Shown: piece by piece, positions 1 to 9,530 of the stretch | How positions within the stretch are numbered: the first letter of the stretch is position 1 | Layout: each line of letters starts with the position of its first letter | From: Candidatus Kaiserbacteria bacterium | GTDB taxonomy: Bacteria; Patescibacteriota; Minisyncoccia; Phycocordibacterales; Phycocordibacteraceae | Assembly: GCA_016182485.1 (NCBI GenBank) | Contig: JACPGH010000006.1 | Coordinates: 90,461 to 154,460, forward strand | Length of the DNA stretch: 64,000 nucleotides | Reading direction: 5' to 3' | Notes under the pieces: model-generated | Seen by the model: only the letters and a program-made list of their open reading frames with translations | Databases searched by the model: none | Told to the model about the DNA's origin: nothing | Made by a program: the position numbers and the translations under genes

Positions 1-108
1 CTAATTCCTATAACTTGATTCCGAATCTATTTATTTCCAATTATTCACTATAGGATGGAATTGGAAAATCAACTTGTTTGCTATTTGCGATACAGTCCCT
101 CAATGACT

Positions 109-2259
109 TTACGACAGCGCCCGGCGCTTCCTAGCCTTGCGAACCGGCTTCGTGCCCTCGAGCCGGTAGATCTCGTCGCGGATGAGCGCGGCCGTCTCGA
201 AGTCGAGCTGCTCCACCGCCTCCGCCATTTCCCGCCGCTTGCGCTTGATGAACGCGGTGGGATCGTCTTTATACGCGACCGTGTCGAGCGCGAGCAGCTC
301 GTCTACGGTCTTCTGGTGCTCCGTACGCATAGAAGCGGCGATGTCGCGGATCTCTTTTTGAATGGTCCTCGGCGTGATGCCGTGCTCTTTGTTATATGCC
401 AACTGTTTTTCCCGACGCCGCTGCGTCTCCCCTATCGCCTTCTCGAGCGAGCCGGTCATCACATCGGCATAAAGGATGACGCGCCCGAGCACGTTTCTCG
501 CCGCTCTCCCAATGGTTTGAATGAGCGATGTTTCGCTGCGCAAGAACCCTTCCTTATCCGCATCGAGGATTCCCACGAGCTCCACCTCCGGCAAGTCGAG
601 CCCTTCGCGCAAAAGATTTACGCCGACTAAAATATCGAATTCGCCTTTCCTGAAATTGGTGAGTATGTCTATGCGCTCGATTGTTTTTACGTCCGAATGC
701 AGATATTCGGCCTTCATACCGCGCTGGCGCAAAAATTCCGCTAGATCCTCGGCCATGCGTTTCGTGAGGGTCGTCGCGAGCGCCCTTCCATTCCTACGGA
801 TCACTTTCTCCGCTTCATTGATAAAATCGGCAATTTGCCCCCCGTATTTTCCATTTTCCTGCTGTACCTTAGTATCGCCTATAGGCCACATTAAGGTGCT
901 CCTTGTTTGCACGGAAACCGGATGAACGAGAAGCTCCGGATCCACCAATCCAGTCGGCCGAATAACTTGCTCCACGATTTGTTCGGAGTGTTTTCGCTCA
1001 TACGGTCCCGGGGTCGCGCTCGTGTAAATCGTCTGTCCCACGCGCTCCTCGAATTCCTCGAACGTGAGCGGCCGGTTGTCGCGCGCCGAAGGGAGACGGA
1101 AGCCGTACTGGACGAGGTTATCTTTGCGCGAGCGATCGCCTTCGAACATGCCGCCGATCTGCGGCACGGTTACGTGCGACTCGTCTATCACGGTTAGAAA
1201 GCCCGCGTCCGAGATCGAACCTTGAGAATTCGGATTTAAGGTTCGACCTTGGGTACCGAAAAGTTCAGAATTTTTACGGAAATAGCTCAATAAAGTATAC
1301 GGCGGCTGCCCGGCCTTTCGCCCGTCGAAATGCCGCGAATAATTCTCGATGCCGCTCGTATACCCGAGCTCGCGGATAAGCGCGATGTCGTGGAGCGTCC
1401 GGCGCTTCAAGCGTTCAGCTTCGAGCGGTTTCTCCTCGCGCTTGAATTTCGCGAGCTGTTCCTCGAGCTCGAGCTTTATGTCTTCGATAGCCCGGTTGCG
1501 CTCATCCTCGCTCGTGACGAAATGCTTCGCGGGATATACGAATATCACGCTCGGCTCCTCGAGCTTCGAGCGCGAGACCGGATCGAGTTTGTCAATGCTA
1601 GAGACGGAATCTCCCGCGAAAGCGATACGGTACAGCACCCGCTCGTTGACCGGCATGAATTCGAGCGAGTTCCCGATCGCGCGCAGCTGACCGGGATTCA
1701 GGTCCGCCGTCGTCCGTTCGAAATAGATGCCGATAAGCTTCCGTATTAACTGGCCTCTGGTTTCTGGCCGGCCGGTTTCTAGTTTTACGTGCACTTTTTC
1801 GTATTCTTCCGGCGAACCAAGGCCATAAATCGCTGAGACAGAGGCAACGATAATGACATCGCGGCGCGTTAGAAGCGCTTGCGTCGCGGCGTGGCGCAGG
1901 CGATCTATCTCCTCGTTGATCATCGCCTCTTTCTCGATATAAGTATCCGAATGCGCGATGTAGGCCTCCGGCTGATAGTAATCGTAGTATGAAACGAAAT
2001 AATGCACGGCGTTTTCTGGAAAGAATTCCCGATACTCCTGCGCGAGCTGGGCGGCGAGCGTCTTGTTATGCGCGAGCACCAAGGTCGGCGCATCGCGGCG
2101 CGCGATTACGTTCGCGACGGTATACGTCTTCCCGGTCCCGGTGGCGCCGAAAAGCGTTTGATGCCTGTAGTCCTTGTCGAGGCCTTCGGCGAGCTTCTCG
2201 ATCGCCTGCGGCTGATCGCCCGCCGGCGGATAAGGGGTGTGCAATTTGAAATTAGCCAT
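109..2259 (-). CDS. uvrB: Excinuclease ABC subunit B
   Basis: PAGDQPQAI, GATGTGKT Walker A, YFVSYYDYYQPEAY, DESHVT and a C-terminal UVR domain; start placed at the ATG overlapping the tgt stop; two palindrome-coded inserts. Confidence 0.97.
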   Translation of the reverse strand: MANFKLHTPYPPAGDQPQAIEKLAEGLDKDYRHQTLFGATGTGKTYTVANVIARRDAPTLVLAHNKTLAAQLAQEYREFFPENAVHYFVSYYDYYQPEAYIAHSDTYIEKEAMINEEIDRLRHAATQALLTRRDVIIVASVSAIYGLGSPEEYEKVHVKLETGRPETRGQLIRKLIGIYFERTTADLNPGQLRAIGNSLEFMPVNERVLYRIAFAGDSVSSIDKLDPVSRSKLEEPSVIFVYPAKHFVTSEDERNRAIEDIKLELEEQLAKFKREEKPLEAERLKRRTLHDIALIRELGYTSGIENYSRHFDGRKAGQPPYTLLSYFRKNSELFGTQGRTLNPNSQGSISDAGFLTVIDESHVTVPQIGGMFEGDRSRKDNLVQYGFRLPSARDNRPLTFEEFEERVGQTIYTSATPGPYERKHSEQIVEQVIRPTGLVDPELLVHPVSVQTRSTLMWPIGDTKVQQENGKYGGQIADFINEAEKVIRRNGRALATTLTKRMAEDLAEFLRQRGMKAEYLHSDVKTIERIDILTNFRKGEFDILVGVNLLREGLDLPEVELVGILDADKEGFLRSETSLIQTIGRAARNVLGRVILYADVMTGSLEKAIGETQRRREKQLAYNKEHGITPRTIQKEIRDIAASMRTEHQKTVDELLALDTVAYKDDPTAFIKRKRREMAEAVEQLDFETAALIRDEIYRLEGTKPVRKARKRRALS

Positions 2260-3532
2260 TGTTGCCATAGTAGGTGCGCACGAAATCCTCGCGGAATTCT
2301 TCGAACCGTCCGTCGAAGATCGCCTCCCGAGCTTGTGATACAAGATCCAGGATGAAGCCGAGGTTATGCATCGAGCAGATTATGGCGCCGAGCATTTCAC
2401 CAGAGCGAACGAGGTGCGCGACGTAGGCCTTCGAAAAACTCGATATGTAGGACATCGTAAGTCCATCATCTGATGATGGACTTACGATGTCCAGACTTTC
2501 AGGATCGAGGGATGAAAAATCAGAGCGGTACTTCTCGCTCTTCAAGTGAATGATGCCGCGCCTCGTGTAAATGCTGCCGTGTCGGCCGATGCGGGTCGGC
2601 GCGACACAGTCGAACAGGTCGACTCCGGCGGCGATGCTCGCCAGAATATCGCCCGGCTCGCCGATACCGAGGCCGTGCACCGGCATTGTCTCCGGCAACT
2701 CCTTGAGCATCGCGAGCGCCGATTCAAGCGAATCCTCCCCGTACTTCTTGCTGAAGGAGCCGCCGAGCCCGAAGCCGTCGAATCCCATCTCCGCGATGGT
2801 TCGCGCGCTGACTCGCCGCAAATCGTCGAACTGCCCGCCCTGAGCAATGCCGAAAACAGCTTGCTGGTTTCTGGCGACTAGATTCTGGCGGTGCGCTTTT
2901 AGCGAACGCCCGGCCCATCGATGCGTGCGTTCCATCGCCTCTCTTTGGTATTCATATGTCTCCGTCGGAGCGGTGCATTCATCAAACGCGAAGAATATGT
3001 CTGCTCCGAGCGCGTGCTGGATCTCCACCGACCGCTCGGGCGTGAAGCGGTGGAGCGAGCCGTCGAGATGCGAAGTGAACGAGACGCCCTCGTCATCGAT
3101 TATGGCGAGCTGGCCGTGCTGGCTCGCCACGTGCTCGTCGTAGACGGCGACCTGATCCGTTTTCTCGGATATTTCTCCTTCTACGGTCGAGAACTTCGAC
3201 ACCTTCCGATTGAACGCCGCGCCGAGCGAGAATACTTGAAATCCGCCCGAGTCAGTCACAGTGGGCCCATCCCAATGCATGAATTTCGCGAGACCGCCGG
3301 CCGCCTGAACGATAGCTTCTCCCGGCGAGAGGTACAGGTGATACGTGTTCGCGAGCACCGCTTGCGCCCCGAGTGCCGCCAGCTGCCCGGGCAATATTCC
3401 CTTCACATCCGCCTTGGTCCCGACCGGGACGAAAGCGGGAGTCAGGATCGGCCCGTGCGAAGTCGTGAGAATGCCGGCACGCGCGCCGCTCCGCGGCGCG
3501 CGTGCCTCTATCGTGAACGAAAGCGCGCTCAT
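2252..3532 (-). CDS. tgt: tRNA-guanine transglycosylase
   Basis: TPAFVPVGT, LANTYHL, TDSGGFQVFSL, FDEC, GVDLFDCVAPTRIGRHG motifs. Confidence 0.96.
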   Translation of the reverse strand: MSALSFTIEARAPRSGARAGILTTSHGPILTPAFVPVGTKADVKGILPGQLAALGAQAVLANTYHLYLSPGEAIVQAAGGLAKFMHWDGPTVTDSGGFQVFSLGAAFNRKVSKFSTVEGEISEKTDQVAVYDEHVASQHGQLAIIDDEGVSFTSHLDGSLHRFTPERSVEIQHALGADIFFAFDECTAPTETYEYQREAMERTHRWAGRSLKAHRQNLVARNQQAVFGIAQGGQFDDLRRVSARTIAEMGFDGFGLGGSFSKKYGEDSLESALAMLKELPETMPVHGLGIGEPGDILASIAAGVDLFDCVAPTRIGRHGSIYTRRGIIHLKSEKYRSDFSSLDPESLDIVSPSSDDGLTMSYISSFSKAYVAHLVRSGEMLGAIICSMHNLGFILDLVSQAREAIFDGRFEEFREDFVRTYYGNNG

Positions 3533-3548
3533 CGACCCATGATACCCT

Positions 3549-4289
3549 CTAGGACCCCAGAATGGTCAATTGGGCGAAGATGACGTTATTGACCGTATTC
3601 GATTCGACAACCGCGTTGTCGAAGTTCGCTCGCAGCGTAATGGTCCTACCCGCGCCGGGAATCGGCTGATCGAAGCCCAGAGTGTACTCAATTCTGTCTC
3701 CGGGATTAAGAGATTGCTGCGGCGCGGATTGGAACACGAAATTGGTCTGGGTCGGGATTGTTGCGCTGAAACGCCACGACCCAGTCGAGTTCGTGCCCGC
3801 ATTATGTATCGTGAAGCGCACGGCAGGACGGCCGCCAACCGGAACGGTGGTACTGGCGATAAACGAGTCCGTCGTCGGACCGACCAGGTATCCCACCTCC
3901 TGTATGGTTATGGCGAGATCCGGGAGGCCGTGGAGAACGGGAGTAGTAGTCCCGCTTATCAGCGTATTAGTGCCGGTGCGCGGACCGGCCACATAACCTC
4001 CGCCCCCAAGAGGCGTTTGACGGGGCGGGGTCGAGGTCGCCGTCGAAGTCGCAGAACCGTTGCCTAACCCTGCGCCCGGCGGTGTCGTGGTCGCGACTGT
4101 TCCCGGCGGCGGAGTATCGAGAGACGACCCGAGATAAATGGCGGCCAGTCCCGTGCGGTCCACGATTTCCGGCACGTATCGCGCACCGAGAACAGCGAGC
4201 CATACGCCAGCGCCGACTAAGGAGACGAATCCGACGATCGCCAAGCCGCTCATCACTCCGGGATTCACGCGAATGTTGTTTTGATCCAT
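3549..4289 (-). CDS. Membrane-anchored protein with Thr-rich linker and C-terminal CARDB/Ig-like domain
   Basis: N-terminal TM; PDLAI...FTIHNAGT...VVESNTVNN is CARDB-like. Confidence 0.7.
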   Translation of the reverse strand: MDQNNIRVNPGVMSGLAIVGFVSLVGAGVWLAVLGARYVPEIVDRTGLAAIYLGSSLDTPPPGTVATTTPPGAGLGNGSATSTATSTPPRQTPLGGGGYVAGPRTGTNTLISGTTTPVLHGLPDLAITIQEVGYLVGPTTDSFIASTTVPVGGRPAVRFTIHNAGTNSTGSWRFSATIPTQTNFVFQSAPQQSLNPGDRIEYTLGFDQPIPGAGRTITLRANFDNAVVESNTVNNVIFAQLTILGS

Positions 4290-4300
4290 AAGCCTGTGTA

Positions 4301-7078
4301 TTAATGGTTTACTCTTCCCACAACCGAGAGCGCCCGCACGAGCGCGAGCTTGGCGCCCGTCACGCCGGAGGCGTAACTCGAGTCGATGGCAGTTGTGAGC
4401 GAGGAGATAAGATTCTCAAGGATGGGAGTCGGGAATTGCTGCGCCCTGCGCGCGATGTCAGGATCGCAAGGGGTGCCGTCGATGCGCGCGCGATATGCGT
4501 CGTCTAATAGACAGGCGATCGACGTGAGCAAGTCCTCCGGCGCGCCGCCACCGCGCATATGCTGGCGAAGGCCCGAGAAGACCGCTTCCCTATCGCCTTC
4601 TAGAAGCGAGAGCGCGAAGCCTTTGAGAGATGCGGGGGCCGGGGCCGCGGGAGATGGCTCGGCCGCTTGCATGAGGGGCTCGACGCGCGGCTCCGGAGCA
4701 GGCTCCGCGTACGGGTCGCGCGTAAGGCCCTTGACGATATCCTCTACCGTGAGGGCTCCGTCATTCGCGAACGATTTGAAGCCCTCGTAGGAGGAATATC
4801 CGCGGGAGGTCTCTGGCGTCTCCCTCGACGTAGAGATCGCGGCGGGAGCTGGAGCGGCGGTGGCGGTGGCGGTGGCGGTGGCGGGAACGACGAGTGGTCC
4901 GGGAGTGGTCATGATCATCTCTTTAACACGCTGAATGAATTCCCGCATCTGGCGGTTCACGAACGGGGCGACGTGGAATAGCATCAGATACGCCGCCACG
5001 AGAGCCCAGCCGATGACCGCTAGCCAATACAGTGTTGTTCCCAGAGGGCCGAGATCGAGACCGGTGAAGGGGATCTGCGAGAGAAAGACGAAAGCCAAGG
5101 GCTGCTCTGCCGCCCGCGGAAGCGCGGAAACTACGACAGTCGGCGGCGGCGCAACCGGGGCGCTGGGCGCTCCTGCGCCTCCGCCTGGTTGGGAGAGACC
5201 GACCGCCGCAAAGCATGTGGCCGTCCGGCCGGATGCGTCTCTCGCGGTGCCGGTAAAGGTCGTGCCAGTCGTAATGGGTGGCGTGGTAGTCGAGCCGCTC
5301 TCCACCGGAAACACCGGGCCGATACCCCGGTCGATGGCAAATGCGACCGCGCTTACTGTCGTCCAGAAGAGCCTGGACGTCCCTCCGACATTCACCGTGT
5401 CCGGAGAAGCGGAGAGCGTGCACGCTAGTGCCGGTATAACGACTACGACTGCGGAGCAAGTCACCGAGCCGCCCCTGCCGGTTGCCGTTCCAGTAAATGT
5501 CGTAGTGGCCGTGGGAGAAACGGAAAGCGAGCCGGCCGCGACCGGCGTAACCGAGCCTATTCCGTTGTCGAGGACGAAAGACGTCGCTTCTGTCGACGTC
5601 CAGGAGAGCGTAGAGGAAAGACCTCTTTGAATAGTCGCCGGGGCCGCCGTGAGCGTACAGGTAGGCACCGGGGGAGGCACGACCGATATGGCGGCGGAAC
5701 AATTCACCGAACCGCCCGGACCGGTCGCTGTTCCCGTAAACGTGACGTTGACCGTCGGAGAAACGGAAAGCGAGCCGGCCGCGACCGGCGTTACCGAGCC
5801 GATCCCGTTGTCGATGACGAACGACGTGGCATTTGTCGTTGCCCAAGAAAGGGTTGCCGAGGTCCCCGTCTCGATTGTTGTTGGAGCCGCCGTAAGCGTA
5901 CAGGTAGGCGCCGGCGGAGGAGGGGGCGGCGGCGGCGGAGGCGGGGGTGGAGGAGGAGGGGGCGGCGGCGGAGGGGCGCCTCCATCCGCTTGTACTCCAG
6001 GACCAGCGGGTCCTACGCCTGCGTCTCCGCCGACGCCGCCGGCGTCCCCAGCATCTCCGCCGACACCGCCGGCGTCTCCCGCGTCTCCACCTGCGCCGCC
6101 ACCGTCACCTCCGTCGCCTCCCGCACCTCCACCATCGCCCCCATCCCCGCCGGCACCACCGCCGTCACCGCCGTCACCTCCCGCACCACCGCCGTCGGTT
6201 CCGTAATATCTGATTTGAAATTGAATATGTTCTTTGTCGTCAGCGCCAACATGGCCCAATGGGATCGAGAATGTGTACACCTTATGCTGCCAGGAAACTT
6301 TGTCCGTATACGTGAAGGCGCTCTCCCCCCACGCGGTCTCGCTTCCGTTTATCATGAACGTCTTTACGCCACTATCCGTGACGATGCCGATCTCTGCCCA
6401 ATCTCCTCCCTCGCCGATATCGAGCGTATTGTCGGATGTCCAGTCGAGCGTAATATAGAGATTCTTCTTGTCCGCGCTCACGTGCGCATATCTCACGGCG
6501 AACGGATGGCTAGAGACCGGGATCTCGGCGAAGGTATAAGTACGAGTATCGCCTATGGCGTAATCGAGGAATCCGTTCCTCGGCCATCGATAGGGCTCTC
6601 CTTTAAAATCTTCGGCTACGCCAGTGATCGTGAACGACGCTCCTTTGGCCTTCCATGCGAATTCCAGGCTGCGGTCGCGCGCTTCTATGACGTCATAATC
6701 CGCGCGCGCAAGCTTCTGTATCTGCACGCGGTCCCCCGTCGAGTCTCTCGCGGAAGCGGGAGCCAGTCCGTTCAACGCTACCGTGTCTAGATGCGCCGAC
6801 TGCGTCCCTCCGTTGTGCGTTATCCGTATACGGTCGCTTGACTCTCGCAGCGTGAAAGTTCTCGTAGCGTATCGATCCGGATGCGGGCGACCTGGAAAAG
6901 ATTCGCTTGCCACGAATTCCCAAGAGCCGTTCACGTATGCCTCGATAGTAAATGAATCTGAATCCGCCTGCGCGCTCGGCGTTTGGAAAAGAGAATCGCC
7001 GGATAGCGTAAAACTGCCTCCGAGCGCAAGAAGCATAACTATAACCATTCCTGTTGTATAAATATGCGTCCAGCGCAT
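4301..7078 (-). CDS. Large cell-surface protein: signal peptide, Gly/Asp repeats, poly-Pro, three Ig-like repeats, IPFTG motif + TM, cytoplasmic domain
   Basis: 925 aa; three ~78-aa CTLTAAP...LSW repeats; IPFTG at 5060-5074 followed by a hydrophobic helix; sortase gene nearby. Confidence 0.85.
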   Translation of the reverse strand: MRWTHIYTTGMVIVMLLALGGSFTLSGDSLFQTPSAQADSDSFTIEAYVNGSWEFVASESFPGRPHPDRYATRTFTLRESSDRIRITHNGGTQSAHLDTVALNGLAPASARDSTGDRVQIQKLARADYDVIEARDRSLEFAWKAKGASFTITGVAEDFKGEPYRWPRNGFLDYAIGDTRTYTFAEIPVSSHPFAVRYAHVSADKKNLYITLDWTSDNTLDIGEGGDWAEIGIVTDSGVKTFMINGSETAWGESAFTYTDKVSWQHKVYTFSIPLGHVGADDKEHIQFQIRYYGTDGGGAGGDGGDGGGAGGDGGDGGGAGGDGGDGGGAGGDAGDAGGVGGDAGDAGGVGGDAGVGPAGPGVQADGGAPPPPPPPPPPPPPPPPPPPPPAPTCTLTAAPTTIETGTSATLSWATTNATSFVIDNGIGSVTPVAAGSLSVSPTVNVTFTGTATGPGGSVNCSAAISVVPPPVPTCTLTAAPATIQRGLSSTLSWTSTEATSFVLDNGIGSVTPVAAGSLSVSPTATTTFTGTATGRGGSVTCSAVVVVIPALACTLSASPDTVNVGGTSRLFWTTVSAVAFAIDRGIGPVFPVESGSTTTPPITTGTTFTGTARDASGRTATCFAAVGLSQPGGGAGAPSAPVAPPPTVVVSALPRAAEQPLAFVFLSQIPFTGLDLGPLGTTLYWLAVIGWALVAAYLMLFHVAPFVNRQMREFIQRVKEMIMTTPGPLVVPATATATATAAPAPAAISTSRETPETSRGYSSYEGFKSFANDGALTVEDIVKGLTRDPYAEPAPEPRVEPLMQAAEPSPAAPAPASLKGFALSLLEGDREAVFSGLRQHMRGGGAPEDLLTSIACLLDDAYRARIDGTPCDPDIARRAQQFPTPILENLISSLTTAIDSSYASGVTGAKLALVRALSVVGRVNH
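5905..6200 (-). repeat. Low-complexity coding repeats: 30-bp-period (GGDGGDGGGA/GGDAGDAGGV)n followed by a poly-proline tract
   Basis: Visible in translation; synonymous codon variation between units. Confidence 0.9.
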
Positions 7079-7134
7079 AGTCAGTTCCTATTTCCGACGC
7101 ACCTCGCAGAGATGCGCCGGAAAAGAGAACCGCC

Positions 7135-7164
7135 GGTGTGCCTAGCGAGCTCGCTAGGCACACC
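7135..7164 (-). terminator. Perfect 30-bp palindrome, probable terminator of the 7188-8441 gene
   Basis: GGTGTGCCTAGCGAG/CTCGCTAGGCACACC followed on the - strand by a T-rich stretch. Confidence 0.6.
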
Positions 7165-7187
7165 CAACGATCCGTACTGCGGCAGCG

Positions 7188-8441
7188 TTACGGCATGTCT
7201 TTCCGCCAGTATGCTGCCGCCGCGTGCTTAAGGCACCACAACTTCCCTCCGGCCTTGCCCTCCCACTCGCGTGGCAGGACGCGGATGCGGCGTTCGCCCC
7301 CTGACTCAGCCGGCGATTGGAAGTAGCGGGGAAAGATAATCTCGATTACCTGCCGCTTCTGACTATCTGACAGCGGAATTGTCGCGCGCCCATTTTGCAG
7401 GCTGAGTGTCCCGAGGTCCTGCGCGAGCTGGAGCGTTCCGGGGTGACGAAGGTATACACGTACATTCTCGTTGAACGGCGCACGTGTTTGCACTACTTTG
7501 TCGAGTTGGTCATACAGCGTTCGCGAAACAGCATCTCCCTCGTATGCTGCCAGGATACTCCCCCCATCGCTGTTACGGCCCTTTGCGACGTCGATAAGCG
7601 CCTTGACGCGATCGAGGAGCTCGGGATGCTTCTCGATATCGTCCATTAGAAACGCGTTGACGTCGAGACCGCTCACGATGGGGCAGTCTGCAGTTGAACC
7701 GGGCTCAGGCGAAGGGGCCGGACGCGCGACCTCGGCTGGCGGGGACGGAGGAGCTGGCGGAGGCGGCGTGTAGCGCTGCACCAGATCCATGGTGTAGGTC
7801 CTGACGCAGAGATTGTGGCAGACTGCCGGCTCATACAGTACCGTACCGACGTTGCCCACTCGATGGTGAAACGCGTACGTTACCAGCGACTTCCCGTCCG
7901 CGTGAAGATAGACCGGATTCAGACGCTCGAGCGAGCCCGTACTCGGCCTATACGTCACCTTCTCGACCTGCTTGTAGAGGCCGAACTGCATCCACGTGCA
8001 AGTGTCGCCGACGGCCATCGTCTTGCGGTAGATCTGGAGCGCGCTGGCGTCGATCTGCTCCCGCTCGATCTTGGCCGCAATTTCTCTCCATCCCGGGACT
8101 TGCGCGGCGGAGAGGACTGCCTGGACGTTCTCGATGTACAGACGACTCTTGTCATACCCGAGCCGGCGCGCTTCCGCGAGAACCTTATCCCGCTGCGCAC
8201 CTCTCGGCAGATAGCCGTCGACCGTTGCGAGCGAGACGGTGACCTTGTTGCGCTCCACGAGTATCGATTCGCGAGCTACCCGGTCGATCGGCATTCGCGC
8301 GAGAGCGACGCTTGGGTCTCCGACGAACGGATTCCCGGCAATGTCAGTCCACGCACGGCCGGAGACGGGAGTCTCCTGAGCGAGTGCAGGGCGGAAGGGC
8401 AGCAGTACTAGGAGCAGGACGAAGAGAACGAGTCTGTGCAC
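7188..8441 (-). CDS. Secreted hypothetical protein
   Basis: GTG start after GGAG; signal peptide HRLVLFVLLLVLLPFRPALA-QE; Pro-rich linker. Confidence 0.7.
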   Translation of the reverse strand: MHRLVLFVLLLVLLPFRPALAQETPVSGRAWTDIAGNPFVGDPSVALARMPIDRVARESILVERNKVTVSLATVDGYLPRGAQRDKVLAEARRLGYDKSRLYIENVQAVLSAAQVPGWREIAAKIEREQIDASALQIYRKTMAVGDTCTWMQFGLYKQVEKVTYRPSTGSLERLNPVYLHADGKSLVTYAFHHRVGNVGTVLYEPAVCHNLCVRTYTMDLVQRYTPPPPAPPSPPAEVARPAPSPEPGSTADCPIVSGLDVNAFLMDDIEKHPELLDRVKALIDVAKGRNSDGGSILAAYEGDAVSRTLYDQLDKVVQTRAPFNENVRVYLRHPGTLQLAQDLGTLSLQNGRATIPLSDSQKRQVIEIIFPRYFQSPAESGGERRIRVLPREWEGKAGGKLWCLKHAAAAYWRKDMP

Positions 8442-8715
8442 GGGACTCTCCTTTGGCGCTCTTTTTCGGCGCCAGTTTCTGTTCTGCGCAATTGCATGAA
8501 CAGCTTGCCGAGACACTCGGCTGTGCAGCGGGTACTGCTGGAGCTTGCGGTTGTGCGGGTGCAGGCGGCGTTACAGCAGCCGTTACGACGGGCGGATGCC
8601 GCACATCCCACCACCGCATGAGTCCGCCGCCGGCGAGCATGCCGAGCACGAACGCTCCGACGATTACCGCCAAAACCCCTTTCGAAATTCCGGCGAGAAA
8701 TGCGCCTATACTCAT
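8344..8715 (-). CDS. Small membrane protein with Pro/Ala linker and CSCNC motif
   Basis: AGGAGG SD, N-terminal TM; overlaps next gene by ~98 nt. Confidence 0.6.
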   Translation of the reverse strand: MSIGAFLAGISKGVLAVIVGAFVLGMLAGGGLMRWWDVRHPPVVTAAVTPPAPAQPQAPAVPAAQPSVSASCSCNCAEQKLAPKKSAKGESRAQTRSLRPAPSTAALPPCTRSGDSRLRPCVD

Positions 8716-8799
8716 CGCTACCTCCTGGGTCTAGTGGTGTTGGAAAGAGCAGTCCCTCCCGTCAATTCTCCATTGCGGAGAGACATGCGCCTTCTACCG

Positions 8800-9453
8800 T
8801 TACGTAGAAAGCGCGTGTCTCTCAACAAAATCGGCGACTACTACAAATCGGTCTGTCTTCTTGGCGAACGAGTCGCACGTCGAGAGCGTAAGCACCTGGC
8901 CCGTCACTGAAAGAGGAATTACTCCGTCATTGGCGCTTTGTTTCGTAACGCTGCGCACTTTATATACATAGGCTACGCGAGATGAAGATACGGTTATAGT
9001 GTCTCCCGGCGCGAGTTTCTGGATATCGTTGAATGTCTTATACGCCTGATTCCAGACTACCGGCAGGTAGCTCGAATGCCCGAAAAGAACTACATTGCCC
9101 GTTTCGCCCAACTTCGCGGACGTCGGATATCGGACCGCGCCGGAAAGGAGCGCCTTATCGAGCACTTCGATCTCCGTGGAAGCCGGATTAACCACTTGCG
9201 CGGACATGCCCAGGGCAGGAATTGCTATTCTGACTGGCAACTCCGGAGAGGCGGGAACATCTGCTGTAACCCTTGCAGTGTCAGCAGTGTCTCGGGCGGC
9301 CGCCGGCGCCTCCGGCAAAAGGCCGAGACTACCGAGTATGACACCGGTAGTGAAAAAGACAAGGAGAAAAAGGCCGAGAAAAGGCCATTTCCTCGCCCAC
9401 ACTTTCTGCCCCGCCCTGATCAGGCGGACGGCGACGCGTACCAACGTCTTCAT
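8800..9453 (-). CDS. Sortase
   Basis: N-terminal TM; GNVVLFGHSS (catalytic His), LTLSTC (TLxTC), DRFVV (Arg). Confidence 0.92.
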   Translation of the reverse strand: MKTLVRVAVRLIRAGQKVWARKWPFLGLFLLVFFTTGVILGSLGLLPEAPAAARDTADTARVTADVPASPELPVRIAIPALGMSAQVVNPASTEIEVLDKALLSGAVRYPTSAKLGETGNVVLFGHSSYLPVVWNQAYKTFNDIQKLAPGDTITVSSSRVAYVYKVRSVTKQSANDGVIPLSVTGQVLTLSTCDSFAKKTDRFVVVADFVERHALST

Positions 9454-9530
9454 ATCGTCTTTTTCAGCAATACACTAATATAAAAGCACTGTCAATATTT
9501 GACAGTACAAGACTCTATGTTCTCAGTTGG

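Noticed and set aside
5627-6790. 387-aa Arg-rich + strand ORF and overlapping Pro/Gly ORFs
   Set aside because: Antisense frames of the low-complexity region of the surface protein
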